Assembly (NCBI GenBank): GCA_964016885.1
Contig: OZ024742.1
Span: 156,984,001-157,048,000 of the forward strand
Length of the DNA stretch: 64,000 nucleotides
Direction of reading: 5' to 3'
Source: Eledone cirrhosa
Taxonomy: Eukaryota
Numbering within the stretch: position 1 is the stretch's first letter; each line of letters begins with the position of its first letter. A program made the position numbers and the translations under genes. Shown here piece after piece: positions 39,385 to 52,454 of the stretch. The notes beneath the pieces are model-generated. The model ran no database searches and had not been told where the DNA came from. It saw nothing but the letters and a program-made list of their open reading frames with translations.

Positions 39385-40018
39385 GTGTGTGTGTGTGTGT
39401 GTGTGTGGGTATGATTGAGTTTGTATGAATATAGTTTTTATACTTTAGACCAAATAACGGCAGACTTGAAATAAAATTCCACTTTATGGCCTATTAAAAT
39501 GTGATACATGATTTTCTTTTAAAATTCATTTGATCTGATAAGTGTGAGGATTTTTAGCTCGTATTAGGTATGAGATTGCTTTTTTATTTGTTTTTTTTAT
39601 ATCTAACCCATATCATCATCCTTTATGTAAGCGGACAGTAAATGACTTATGGAGCCGCAGAAACCCAAATACTGGATTTTACCATCTCTCCAGGGTCCGG
39701 GTAAATTTTCAATCTTATATATTTTTATATATTGTTATATTTTTATATCTGCTTGACCCGAATTACTTGACCGTTTTTTTCGCTGTGCGGATGATTAGTT
39801 TAACCACCATCTCAGTGTGTTTGGCCTTTAACGTATGTGGTAGCTCTGATTCATTTGAATTATCGAGCGCTTGCCACACAGCTCGGACGTGTTTTTCGTT
39901 AATTCCTGAGCTGAAATTCGATTCTCGCTAATCTATACTTATATATATATATATATATATATTTCGTTTCTGAATTTGTTTAGCAAGGTTCTTTATCTGA
40001 AAACGTGTGTTGAAACCG

Positions 40019-40104
40019 ATATTGTTATACTTTGGGAGGGTCATGTACCAATATGTGCGTATGTTTCATATTGGCAACATGACCCTCCCAAAGTATAACA
40101 ATAT
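40019..40104. repeat. Inverted repeat (~37-bp arms) just upstream of the PLE
   Basis: atattgttatactttgggagggtcatgt...acatgaccctcccaaagtataacaatat; related end at ~28596. Confidence 0.85.
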
Positions 40105-40127
40105 ATATATATATGTATATATATATA

Positions 40128-40969
40128 TTCGCTCTTTGGAATCTCCTAAAGAATAATGGCAAGGCAGACATATATGAAAAGTGGCTAAACTCTACCCCAA
40201 TCATCCTCCCCCAAAAACTCCAAATAAAACACATCCCGAATGAACCAGAAAACCAACAAAGACTTAGGGAAAAGATGGCGTTAGAAAAATTAAAAATAGA
40301 AATAGAACTGTTGCGATTAAGAGCCTACCCCAACGAAGAAAAATTCAAGTCACTCGACCACCAGATGGACACAGAAATCTCAAAGCACTCTGAAGGCCTA
40401 CTCTACGAAAAAACCTTAAAACTTTGGAGAGAAAACTGTGAGGACGAATAACTATCATCCCTCCAGCGATGGGAAAAAAACGCCACCTGGTTCAACAACT
40501 ACGAAATGCACTTCAAAAATGAACAACATACAGGTAACCCATTTTTAAAACAAACTAAAACTCACACACCACATGCACAACAAATTAAAAAAAAGTAACA
40601 AAGCGTCCAACATACCCCCAGCAAAACTATAACGATAATCCCAGAAACCATAGACAAAACTATAACCCTAATAACAAAAACCGAAGATCCCCGAACACAA
40701 GTCAGGACCCGATCCGCAGATCACAACCCACATAAAACCTATTCCCAAACCGTAGACCCCTGCCTACACAGAGCCTGTTCCAAAACCGTAGATGCCCACC
40801 CATACGAAGGAACAACATTTACAACCCGGACTATCAACAAACCGAACCCCAATACGCCCGAAACATCTATACAAGACCACACAACAACAGGGGAAATGCC
40901 ATTAGATATAATAATACCATTGAAAAAACATTCCAGAAAAATCATTTTTTAGACCAAGGCTACAGGTAA
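40128..40969 (+). pseudogene. PLE upstream ORF1 (coiled-coil-like followed by N/R/Q/P-rich tail), disrupted
   Basis: ALWNLLKNNGKADIYEKW..LREKMALEKLKIEIELLRLRA; later frame QNYNDNPRNHRQNY...RYNNTIEKTFQKNHFLDQGYR*. Confidence 0.6.
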
Positions 40970-43241
40970 AACGACACCCGGTGGCACAAACCGATTTTGA
41001 AAAACCGAAAATAATCAACCTTTCAAATACAAACCTCTCAGCCCAACAAGTAAAAATTATCTCCAAAGGACTGAAATTTAGACCAACACCACAATACTCT
41101 AACCCCAAAGAGATAAATGACGATATCTCACACTTCTGTAGAAAATTACGTCTCACAGAGGAATTCTCTGACAAGGAGAATAACGACGAATCAATTGTAG
41201 GAAATAAAAGCAGCTACAATCCAACAAAAGAGTTCTGGACAAATTTTGTGACCACATAGCTACCTTCCCATACCATGAACTACCGCAACCTAAACCCAAA
41301 CCCAACAAGAGTCGAAGGGAAAGGGAGATTATCCATGAACTAAAAAACAAAACGGACATTATAATTAAGGAAGCGGACAAGGGAAGTACTGTTGTCATTA
41401 TGGAGGCTGAAAAATATAAAAATTCTATGTTCTCTCTCTTACAAAATACTAATTACTATGAAAGAGTAAATAACTACCAGCAATCAAAAACAATGACCAG
41501 ATTAAACACACTGATTTATCGATACCAGGAAGACAAAACTAAAAAGGATCGCGATTATTTAACACATTTTGAATATAAACCCAGCAACCTTTACGGAATT
41601 CCGAAGATCCACAAGTGTAAAATAATTAACGATGCCTGTAAACAAACCACCTCAGCCTGCGTGAACACGCAATACCCCACATACCTTAAATTAAGACCTA
41701 TTGTAGCGGGCCCACAATGTGAAGCACACAGACTGAGCAACTTTATAGACATACTACTAAAACCAATTCTCAAACACATACCAAGCCTTATTAGAGACGA
41801 TCTGGACCTCTTAAACCACCTCCCCAAACATGTCAACAACGACACTATTATTGTGTCTTTCGATGTAGTGAATCTCTACACAACGATCCCATACTAATAC
41901 GGACTAGAAGCAATAGGATTCTGGCTAGAGAAATATCACAATGAGATACCTGACAGAATAGAAAAAAGCTTCATCACCGAGTGCTTAAAATTCATCTTAC
42001 AGAACAACTTTTTTGATTTCGATGGCAGTACTTACAGGCAAATATCGGGGACTGCAATGGGTACAAAAACCACTCCAACTTATGCCAACTTTGTCATGGC
42101 ATACTTAGAAGTCCAGATATATGAACAGTCCAAATCAAAATACGGATAGAACTTCTACAAATATTTATCAGAGAATTGGAAACGCTAATTGGATGATTGT
42201 CTCATTCTTTGGTCCAGCACACTCGACCAACTGAAGTATTTCAAAAACTTAATAAACGGCATCAATAACCACATCCAATTCCCAATGGAATACAACCAAG
42301 ATCAACTCCCATTTCTGGACATCTTAATCTTAAAAAAAGACACACATATTGAAACTGACATACACTACAAACCAACAGATTCCAAACAATACCTACTATT
42401 CACCTCCAACCATCCAAAGCATACGAAGACGAACATTCCTTTTAACCTAGCAAGAAGAATTTGCACAATTGTCTCCAATTATGAAACGCGAAATAAAAGA
42501 CTTCAAGAATTAAAGGAAATTCTACTCGAAAGAAAGTACCCACTATTACTAATAAATAATGGAATAGAAAGGGCTAAAGCAATAGGCATTGATGAATTAC
42601 GAAAACAGAAACAAATTCAAGGTACGTCCAATATTCTATCAAATATCGCAACACATAACCCAAGAAATTCGGAAGCTTACAACACTATTCACAAGAACAT
42701 CCCACTACTATAACAACACCCAAGAATGAAAAAAGCCCTTGAAACACAAAAAATAATCAAAAGCAGAAGACAACCGAAATCACTGAAAACATTACTCACC
42801 AATGCCAAATTACCTACCACAAACCCACAACCAAGTGTCAAAAAATGTGGTCGCTCTAATTGTGGAACCTGCACTCACCTCATTGAAGGCAACACGTATA
42901 CATTTAAATCAGGACAAAATTTTACTGTAAAAAATAACTTCACTTGCTCATCAAAAAATCTACTTCATGACATTAAATGTAAAGGATGCAATGTAGATTA
43001 TATAGGACAAACTAAACTCACACTCACAAACAGAATGACAGTTCATCGCCAACAATTACGTGAACTAACCACGAGACAGATACCACTAAGTGAATATCTA
43101 GACATATTCGCAAGTAATAAGACACACAAATTCCGATCCTTCCCATTTTACCTTTGCGCTAAGAATACAACAGAACAATTACGAATACATAAGGAAAATA
43201 TGTTTATTCAAAAATATAAACCAGCATTAAATATGGTTTAA
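40948..43241 (+). pseudogene. PLE reverse transcriptase + GIY-YIG endonuclease ORF, disrupted
   Basis: IINLS..KGLKFRPTP, ADKG, LYGIPKIHK, LRPIV, SFDVVNLYT, GTAMGT, R*LDDC (YLDD with Y>stop), LPFLD, CGRSNCGTC, YIGQT..RMTVH. Confidence 0.9.
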
Positions 43242-43715
43242 TATACATTATTATAACATGCTAACCATCCAAACAGCCACATACACGCACACATTACACC
43301 TACATTAGAAAATAAAAAAACCCGAACTAAATAAAACTTAACATACGTTTGCACTGACAATACAACAGAACAAATACGAATAAGTAAGGAAAATATGTTC
43401 ATTCAAAAATATTCCTACTAAAGGAATCATTTTCCTACACACACACACACAATATATAGATATTCTCTTCATCTTAACATGCTAACCATACTCCCACACA
43501 CATAACACCCATACACACACATTACAACCCCCGCACCCCACACACAACTCCCCTCCCCCATTTCTACTAATAGAATCACTTTCCTACACACATATATACA
43601 CACACACAAAATATATACTCTCTCCATCTTAACATACTCCCACACACACACCTAACACCCATATACACACACACACAACTCCCTCCCCCATTTCTACTAA
43701 TAGAATCATCTTCCA

Positions 43716-43746
<31 letters not shown>

Positions 43747-44305
43747 AGCACACACATAAACATACATATCTTTACTTTCTTTATTCAATAAAAAATCTAA
43801 ATTCTGACACCCCAGCAAAAAAACATATTTACTGAACCAGAACAATTCTCCCATCCCATTTCTCTTGACCATTATCTTTTACTTATCATAACATTCTCTA
43901 AAAAGGCTTACAGATTGGATTTCAAAATAAGGACGCGAAAATGTAATGAAAACTTGTTCACGTGACAGCCATAATTTCATTTATAACCAATCAAATTACG
44001 TTTATTTTAAAAAAAAGCCTTGGTGAGCCCCCTTTTTTTAAGTAAAAAGAAATTCAAACACTCATATATGAAAAAACCACCTGTGAACCCCCCCCCCCCC
44101 CCCCCCACCACCACCACCACCACCCACCCCGTTTGAAGAACTTTGTAACGTGAACTGGCGTGAAATTTATTATAATTATTGACCAACCAATCAAATTACT
44201 TTTCGAAAAACCTGGCATTTCGAGCCACTTTTTCCATATAAAACAAGTAACATTCAGAGACCGACCAGATGTGAGAAAAACCACAGACCTTCCATCTCAA
44301 CTCTA

Positions 44306-44342
44306 CTTTTGAAAAGCAGAAGAAACTGCGAAACCCGTAAAG
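44306..44342 (+). ncRNA. Minimal hammerhead, U3-A8 core variant
   Basis: ctt TTGAAAA gcag aagaaa ctgc GAAA cccg TA aag. Confidence 0.6.
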
Positions 44343-44408
44343 GAACCAAATAAATATATATATATTTTTTTTAAATACCCAGTTGCATTTTCGATTTCAT
44401 CTTTTTTT

Positions 44409-44482
<74 letters not shown>

Positions 44483-44498
44483 ATATATATATGGGGGT

Positions 44499-44672
44499 GT
44501 TTCTGTGTGTGGCACAAGGCCAGCAATTATCCAGTGCATTACTGGTAATTATTTTATCAACACCGTAAGGATGAAAGGCAAAGTTTACATCGACAGGATT
44601 AGAACTGAGAATGGAAAGAAGTATATGCGTTAAAGCATGGCGCCCGACCCTCTACCGGTACTGCCAATCCAC
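44499..44672 (-). mobile_element. Diverged tRNA-derived SINE
   Basis: Matches 22494-22671 with indels. Confidence 0.8.
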
Positions 44673-44910
44673 TAAAATAATGAATCGGGATAATATCCAA
44701 CCACTCTTAGACGCCAGTCTACATGTTAACACATATCTGATGAGTCAGGTTCGATCATTAATCGATCGTCCCTCGACCCGATCGACAGTGTAATATATGT
44801 AATATATAATCAAATACGTATATGATGCAACTCTGATTCTTTTTTCCCATATAAATTATTATTGATATTCTGCTCCCCAAGAGCATTGAGAGTTCATGTA
44901 TATATATATA

Positions 44911-46208
44911 TGATGAAGGACTAACTTTATTCATATGTAACCCATTAGCAACCACGCAGCACGTTTATTCTCATATTTACACATATTTTTTCCCCCGGTG
45001 TGATCCGTCTATTTCGTTCTTACTGCTTCCTCTTTCTCTATATCTTTACCCTCTCTAACAGTCACTCTCTCTGTTAGCCCCTTCCTCACCCTTCACTCAC
45101 TCACTCTCTGTTACTACCTCTCCTCCTCCTCCTTCTTCCCGTTTGGCCTGTGCGTAATTCTTTTCTTTCGCACCCTTGGTCAGGCAGGTTCGCTTGTCGT
45201 CTCTCTCTCGTCTACGATTTCACAGAACTTATGTTCACCGAATTCACAGACTAGATTCCTTCTTCCCCCATTAGACCTGTACGGAATTCCTTCCTTGCTC
45301 ACATTCCAACCAGGTTTGATGGTCTTTATTCTCTCTCGTTCACGATTTCACCGAACTTATATTCATGGAAATTTGGGAATTGACTCCTTCTCCCTCACTT
45401 TTCGTTGATTCACCATCTTTGTTTGTTTATACTCTCGTGTTCTCTTTATTTACGTGTCCCAACTACTTTTTTTAGCCGTTGCTCGCACCAACCGGAGGTA
45501 TATGGTCTTTAAAGCGACGAAATACCAATGATGGTTGGAAGATCACTGATGAAGGACTAACTTTATTCATATGTAACCCATTAGCAACCACGCAGCACGT
45601 TTATTCTCATATTTACACATATTTTTCCCCCCGCTGTGACCCGTCTATTTCGTTCTTACTGCTTCCTCTTTCTCTGTATCTTTACCCTCTCTAACAGTCA
45701 CTCTCTCTGTTAGCTTCTTCCTCACCCTTCACTCACTCACTCTCTGTTACTACCTCTCCTCCTCCTCCTTCTTCCCGTTTGACCTGTGCGTAATTATTTT
45801 CTTTCGCACCCTTGGTCAGGCAGGTTCGCTTGTCGTCTCTCTCTCGTCTACGATTTCACAGAACTTATGTTCACCGAATTCACAGACTAGATTCCTTCTT
45901 CCCCCATTAGACCTGTACGGAATTCCTTCCTTGCTCACATTCCAACCAGGTTTGATGGTCTTTATTCTTTCTTGTTCACGATTTCACCAAACTTATATTC
46001 ATGGAAATTTGGGACTTGACTCCTTCTTCCTCACTTTTCGTTGCTTCACCATCTTTGTTTGTTTACACTCTCATGTCCCCTTTATTTACGTGTCCGAACT
46101 ACTTTGTTTAGCCGTTGCTCGCACCAACCGGAGGTATATGGTCTTTAAAACGATGAAATGCCAATGATGGTTGGAAGATCACTGATGAAGAACTAACTTT
46201 ATTCATAT
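44911..46208. repeat. 636-bp tandem duplication plus ~25-nt third start, flanked by (TA)n
   Basis: tgatgaag at 44911, 45547 and 46183; units highly similar. Confidence 0.9.
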
Positions 46209-47369
46209 ATATATATGTGTGTGTGTGTTTGTGTGTGAGTGTGTGTGTGCGTGTGTGTGTGGGGGAGGTTGGGGGGTGTATACGAGCATTTGTGTGTGTA
46301 TCGTTGCGGGTACACAGGAAAGAGAAACATGCGTAAGATTTTGACATAATATTTCTACATATATTATTACCGGTTTCGAGATGTAAAGTTGTCTATCGCC
46401 TCTGAAAATGTGGAGATGATTTAGACATGAAACTATTGGTAATGCACCAACTAGCCGAAATTCATAATAAATTACGTATGTATATATATATATATATATA
46501 TATAATGTATATAAACAAATATACCCATATATACGCCCATGTATATGTGTATACGTGTTTGAGTAAAAACACGATATGTGGGTATTTTACTCATGTGACT
46601 TGTAATGATGTTTTTACGCATATACATATTATTTCAGCATACATACACTCTCAATATGTTCAAGGCGTAGTTCTCCATAGATAATCACATATGATGAAGT
46701 ATATATTATATATAAATGCATGTTTCATATATTATGTTGTTTTTAGAGAAAATAAACATACAACACAAACAATAAATCCGAAACAAATAAAATAGTAAAT
46801 AAAGAAAAGATAAAAATATTGCTTTCCTGTCAAAAGCATATCTCTTCTCGTTCTTTATAATATTCCCATGCCAACGTTATATTCATCTTAGTTGTTACAT
46901 TAATCACAGTACGCTGACATATGCGTGCATTATTGGGTATGACTATGTTTGCTTAAATGAAGTATAAATCGCTTTGTCTGATCCTTGCGTGCAGGTGAGT
47001 CCGTTGAAGACGATTAATGGAGGAAAAGCTAGCTTAGGATTTTACATCTAGCACTAATTCACAGACCATTCCATTATTGTGACTCGTCAACCACAGAACA
47101 ATTTTTATCCTATAATGAATTATTACTCCTGTTTGTTTTTCAAAGTGAATTATATGATAAATCATTTTTGATATTATATTTGATTTCTTTCTTTTACGTT
47201 ATTATATTTTTAAAATATTGCGTGGTTATTATGAGTGGAATGTCACTGAAATTGTCCCAACGTTTGAGCATGACATCTATACTAGAAGTAATGTTATATC
47301 CAGCTATCGAATCCAGGCTTCGTCCGCCTTAAATAGAGATAGTTTGTAATATTTTGCGTCCGAATACTT

Positions 47370-47411
<42 letters not shown>

Positions 47412-47420
47412 GTGTGTGTG

Positions 47421-47514
<94 letters not shown>

Positions 47515-48253
47515 TGTGTATTTCTATATTTATATATATATATATATATTTACAAGTATAAAAAACACACGTGCATATTCGCGCACACATAGCAACACAC
47601 GCACCATCTATCTATATATAAATATGTTTAAACATGCCTATATGCATATAATTATCTACACATACGCTTATATGTGTAATGGTGTGTATGTGTGTTTTAC
47701 TGTATGTGCGTACGTGTGTCTCTATAAGGCATTGGTGGTACAAACGTTTATGCATCCTATTCATTCGATATGTTGTGTCTGGTTAAATATGTACTAAGTA
47801 GATATGTCCTGGGGATCATATGATTGATTAAAAACTTTGAAGGTGATGTTCCCATCGATAAAGTATCCAATAATGTACGTGGGCATTAAGACAGGTTTAG
47901 ACAATTGAAATGTATGTCTCTAGTGTCAAGTGGGGTATATATGATCTTTCCGTATTTGTCTCTGTTGGGAGTCCATTTGGTGAAGCTCTTCACGTTTGTC
48001 TGTAGCCTCAGATTGGTTGTCATCTTCGCTATGGAACGACTAATTACCGATGAGTATTATTTGAACTATTTATCATTTATAAATCCTGAGTTTGTTTAGG
48101 TCGAATAGCCACAATATTTCCTTCAAGACTCAACTAACAGCAGAAACTAAAGTATAAAACATTTCTCAATTCAATTCATACCCGAAAGTGTATTTTTGTA
48201 AATGGAGATTTCACTATGGAGATTTCACTGTATATGAAACAAATTTTGGAAAA

Positions 48254-48390
<137 letters not shown>

Positions 48391-48392
<2 letters not shown>

Positions 48393-51300
48393 TGCATTTA
48401 TCTTGCTTTATGTTCATACGAGTTATCACCAAGTCACAACCAGTGACCTCAAGAGACAACAAGGACCGCCATGTTCAAGAAAGAGCATACATATTCACAC
48501 ATGCATCCTTAGTGTTTAGACTTGTGATGTACTTATATTGACAGGATCTTCCTTAGTATATGGGCAGTTTCCATTAGTACTATCTTTTGTATTTCTCCTA
48601 TACGCGGGTTTCCTGGGTATTGCGATAAGTAGTCGTTAGACCCCTTAGGTATCATTCCCAGAGCGCCTACAACCACTGGTATTGTTTTAGTTCTCAATTT
48701 CCACATTTTTCCAATTTCTATCTCCAGGTCCTTATACTTGCTCAATTTTTCAAATGTTTTTATAGATACATTCTTGTCTATTGGAACAGACATATCAATT
48801 AGCAGGCATACCCTCCTTTGAAAGTCCTTCAATATTATATCAGTTCTATTTGCATCTATTTTTCGGTCTGTTTGGATGCTAAAGTTCCACAAGATTGAGA
48901 TGTGATCTTTTTCAAGTATGGAAGGTGGTTGATGCTCCCACCAATTCTTTTGATGGGGCAGGTCAAAATGCTTACACATTATCCAATGTTTGTATTGTGC
49001 AGCTCTGTCATGCCTGTTTAGGTATTCGGTTGGAGCTATAGGACTGCACATTGAAATTATATGGTCAATGGTCTCTGGTTGTTTTTTGCATACACGGCAT
49101 AATGGGCTGCACCCAATTTTATTATGTTGGCTTGGTAATTTTTTGTTGGCAGACACAGATCTTGTGCCGATATAATCAGTCCTTCAGTCTCCGATTTCAG
49201 TCCAGAGGATGCCAACCACTGATGGGTTAAACTTTTGTCAACATCAGGATTGTTAGCTCGCTCTGGGTATTTTCCATACAGAGGCTTTTCTTGCCATTTC
49301 TTAGCCAGTTTCTGTAGCAGTTCTTTCTTTGCAGTTACTTTTACCTGCTTTGCTTTTTCTGTGTTTTCCATTTCAGCAGTAAATGGGACTTCCGAAATTT
49401 GTAGTCCATTACTGTATCTTTGTGCATCTTTTGTAATGTAATATGATCTTTTGGTGCTTTCGTGTTTCAAAACGAGTTTGATCATCCAATCATGTGATTC
49501 CTTTAGATATGTGGATAATCCAATTGTTGCAGTTTTCAACGCAATGTCTAACTGGATTAACCCACGTCCTCCTTCTTTCCTAGGGAGATATATTCTATCT
49601 ATGTCTGCCTTAGGGTGATGCATTCTGTGCATGGTTAAGAATTTTCGGATTTTTGTATCGAGCCTACGGATCTCTGTGCTTGACCAGTTGATGACATTGT
49701 AACTGTAGGTTACTACTTGTATGGCAAGCGTGTTTATGGCATCGATCCTATTCCTTGCATTCAATTCCATTCTTAAGATTGCTCTGACTCTGCGGTAACA
49801 TTCCTTCCTTATCCTTTCCCTCATTGTCGAGTGCTTGATTCCGTCGCCTTCACAAACACCTAGATATTTGTAAGTTTTTTCTTGATCAAGCTCTCTCATC
49901 ACGTTCCCCCGAACAAGATTAATGTCTGAACTCTTCAGCAGCTTTCCTCTGGTGAACGTTGCTTTGGCGCATTTATCCAGTCCAAACTCCATTTTAATGT
50001 CATCACTGAACTGCTTCACAGTCGATAATAGCCCTTGCAATTGTTCATCATTTTTTGCAAATAGTTTCAGGTCATCCATGTCATAGACTCTATATCCATG
50101 TTTTGTTTCATTGAGCATTTTACTTAATGGTATAAGCGCGATGCAGAATAAAAGCGGTGATAAAGAGTCACCCTGAAAAATTCCACAATTAATGTTAACT
50201 TCTCCAGATTTCAGTGATTTTGTTTCACTATTCATAAGGAGTGTCGTTCTCCATGTCTTCATACTGAATGACAAAAATCTCCTGACAACGGGGGATATTT
50301 TGAAAATCTCTAAACATTTTTCAATCCAACTGTGTGGCAAACTATCGAATGCTTTTTTATAATCTATCCAAGCAATCGATAGATTTTTGTGTCTATTATG
50401 ACAATCTTCCAGTATCATTTTATTAACCAGAAGCTGATCCTTACAGCCATATGAGCCTCGTTTACACCCTTTCTGCTCAATGGGAAATAGGTCATTTGTT
50501 ATCAGGTGGTCATATGTGTATTCAGTTAGGACTGATGTTAAAATGTTATACATTGTGGTCAAGCAGGTTATCGGTCTGTAATTTTTGGGATTGTTTGTCT
50601 CATCATTCTTCGGTAGCAGGAATGTAATGCCGTTAACTAGCCATGATGGTATGTTTTCTGGCTCCTTAACTATTTCATTGTAAAGTTGGGCTAACAGCTC
50701 ATGAGACTCTGTGAAGGCATTTATCCAAAAGTTTTGTATTTTGTCTTTTCCTGGGGATTTCCATTTGCTGGTTTTTCTTAGAGCCAAGAGAAACTGTTCA
50801 ACTGTTATATTTTCCCATGTTTGTTCTTCAAGGTGAGCTGTTTCTTTCATTTGTCTGTCTATCCATGGGGCATGTATGTTATGAACTTTTTCTTCGGCCC
50901 AGATCTTTTCCCAAAATTCTTGCACTTCCTCCTTGGGTGGTATTGATTTAGCAGTTATTGTTGACTTACCAATTTTTCTGTAGAAGTTTCTTTGGTTGCT
51001 TTTGAACATATTATTGTCCTTATAGAATCTAGATCGTTTTTCAAAGCGCCTTATACGAGCAGCTTTGGCCGACACTTTTTGCTTGATTGTTTCTATCAGC
51101 ATGTCTATGTCACATGTTGATCTTATACTGTACTTTTTTTTCAATTTTCTAAGTTTAGTTTGTTTAACATGTTCACCTACTTTATAGTTTGTTAAAATTT
51201 CTATGTCAGATCGGAGAAGGTTTATTTGGCGATTGATGTTATCTTGCCAAGTAGATTTCTTGTGGGAATTCGTTTGTTTTTTCATCTTCACTCCACATAA

Positions 51301-52320
51301 GTGAGTGGTGACTTTAGCCGATGCATAATAGAGATGATTTAAGTCAGTAATATTTAGTTTGTTTGCGATGATAATGTTTTTGAGAATTATGTTAGTCTTG
51401 TGTATTATCTTTTGGTTCTGTTTGGAGTTCTGGATCTTAGGGAGGGTGTCTCGTTGCCCCATGTCAGATTCTTTCATTTTCATCCATTCGATCATAATGT
51501 CATCCTTCAAGTTGGCAAGTTCATTCTCATTCATTTCTTTATCATTTACGATCTCATTATTTTCATTTTGAGTTTCATCCTGAGCATGCACTCCCTCCAC
51601 TTTTTCGCTCCTTTCTTTAATTTGTTCTGTTGCCAGTGATTCCGCCCTAACCCTGGGATTCGAAGTGTTACAGTTTACCTCGTTTTCACTGACACATGCT
51701 TCATTTTCCCTTCGCTGACTTTGTGCTACTAATTTGATCTGATCAATTTCTATATCAGTTAGTAACTTTTTTCTTACAATATTTCTTCGTATATTGGCTA
51801 GTTTGTTACTGTCAATATAGCCTCTGTTTTCGGGATGTTTCTTTTTCCAGTTGATATATGTTTGTTCTGTATTCGATGTATTTGATGGGTAGTACGTGGC
51901 AGTGTAGAAAGCCTCAAGGACTTCTTTATTATCTTCCCTTGACCATTTTTCTCTTTTTTCTTTGGATTTCTTGGTGGTGAGCATGGAGGGCCAACAGTAG
52001 GAGTATTCCGGTTATGGGAGGTCTCCAGCTCCGAAGTGATGGGAAGGTTTGAACCATTAGCTGATTTTTCGACCCCAGTCTGGTTCCTCTCTGAGGGACG
52101 CGGCCCTTTTTTACCCGGGTGACGGCCGATCCGGTATGAGATTTTATCATTAGACATTTACTTTATTTTGTCGCGTTTTATCCTTATCCGCCAAGGGGTA
52201 ATCATTTCGTGTTACCACTTCTAGAACGAGTGTCAACCAAGACTAGAGGGGTCGTTCTCCCCTAGAGACATGGCTATACCCCGCCGGCCGCCATCCCGGT
52301 ATTTCTTGGTCACGGGGTTT
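48391..52320 (-). mobile_element. Near full-length R4/Dong-type RLE LINE inserted in (TAA)n
   Basis: Single ORF from ATG 52157 to 48533 broken by 2 frameshifts; 3' UTR runs into (TAA)n; ~160-nt GC-rich 5' leader. Confidence 0.92.
48533..52157 (-). pseudogene. Dong/R4 polyprotein (RT, CCHC, RLE)
   Basis: KSPGKD, NYRPITC, WIDYKKAFDS, GIFQGDSLSP, MDDLKL, CRVC..ETIDHIISMC..RHD, NRTD (normally NRPD), IDMSVP, KYKDL. Confidence 0.9.
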
Positions 52321-52409
52321 TCTTTTTGTTGTTTTTTTTTAAATTGTTATTATCATGAGTGGTTCCTTAATGTGAGCATTGCGTGGCTTAAGAATGAAAT
52401 TATTAATAA

Positions 52410-52454
52410 TTGTCTCCACTCCAGACACAAGGCCAGCAATCACCCAGTGCATTA
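52410..52454 (-). mobile_element. SINE 3' fragment
   Basis: ttgtctccactccagacacaaggccagcaatcacccagtgcattac. Confidence 0.65.

Larger units (their letters stand above)
40128..44400 (+). mobile_element. Penelope-like element (Neptune-like Cys-rich linker), 5'-truncated, two ORFs, 3' hammerhead
   Basis: ORF1 remnant 40128-40969; RT/GIY-YIG ORF to 43241; ~1.1-kb 3' region with hammerhead 44306-44342 and AATAAA 44349; (TA)n at both ends. Confidence 0.9.

Noticed and set aside
44733-44796. atat CTGATGA gtcagg...cctcgac...TA atat
   Set aside because: GAAA is absent; at best a decayed hammerhead.
46960-47040. CAG|GTGAGT splice donor suggesting a host exon (also at ~29870)
   Set aside because: No supportable upstream acceptor and coding frame; single motifs are expected by chance.
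52158-52320. HDV-like ribozyme at the Dong 5' end (also sought at 20435-20530)
   Set aside because: Could not place P3/L3/P1.1 and the catalytic C; reported only as a structured leader.
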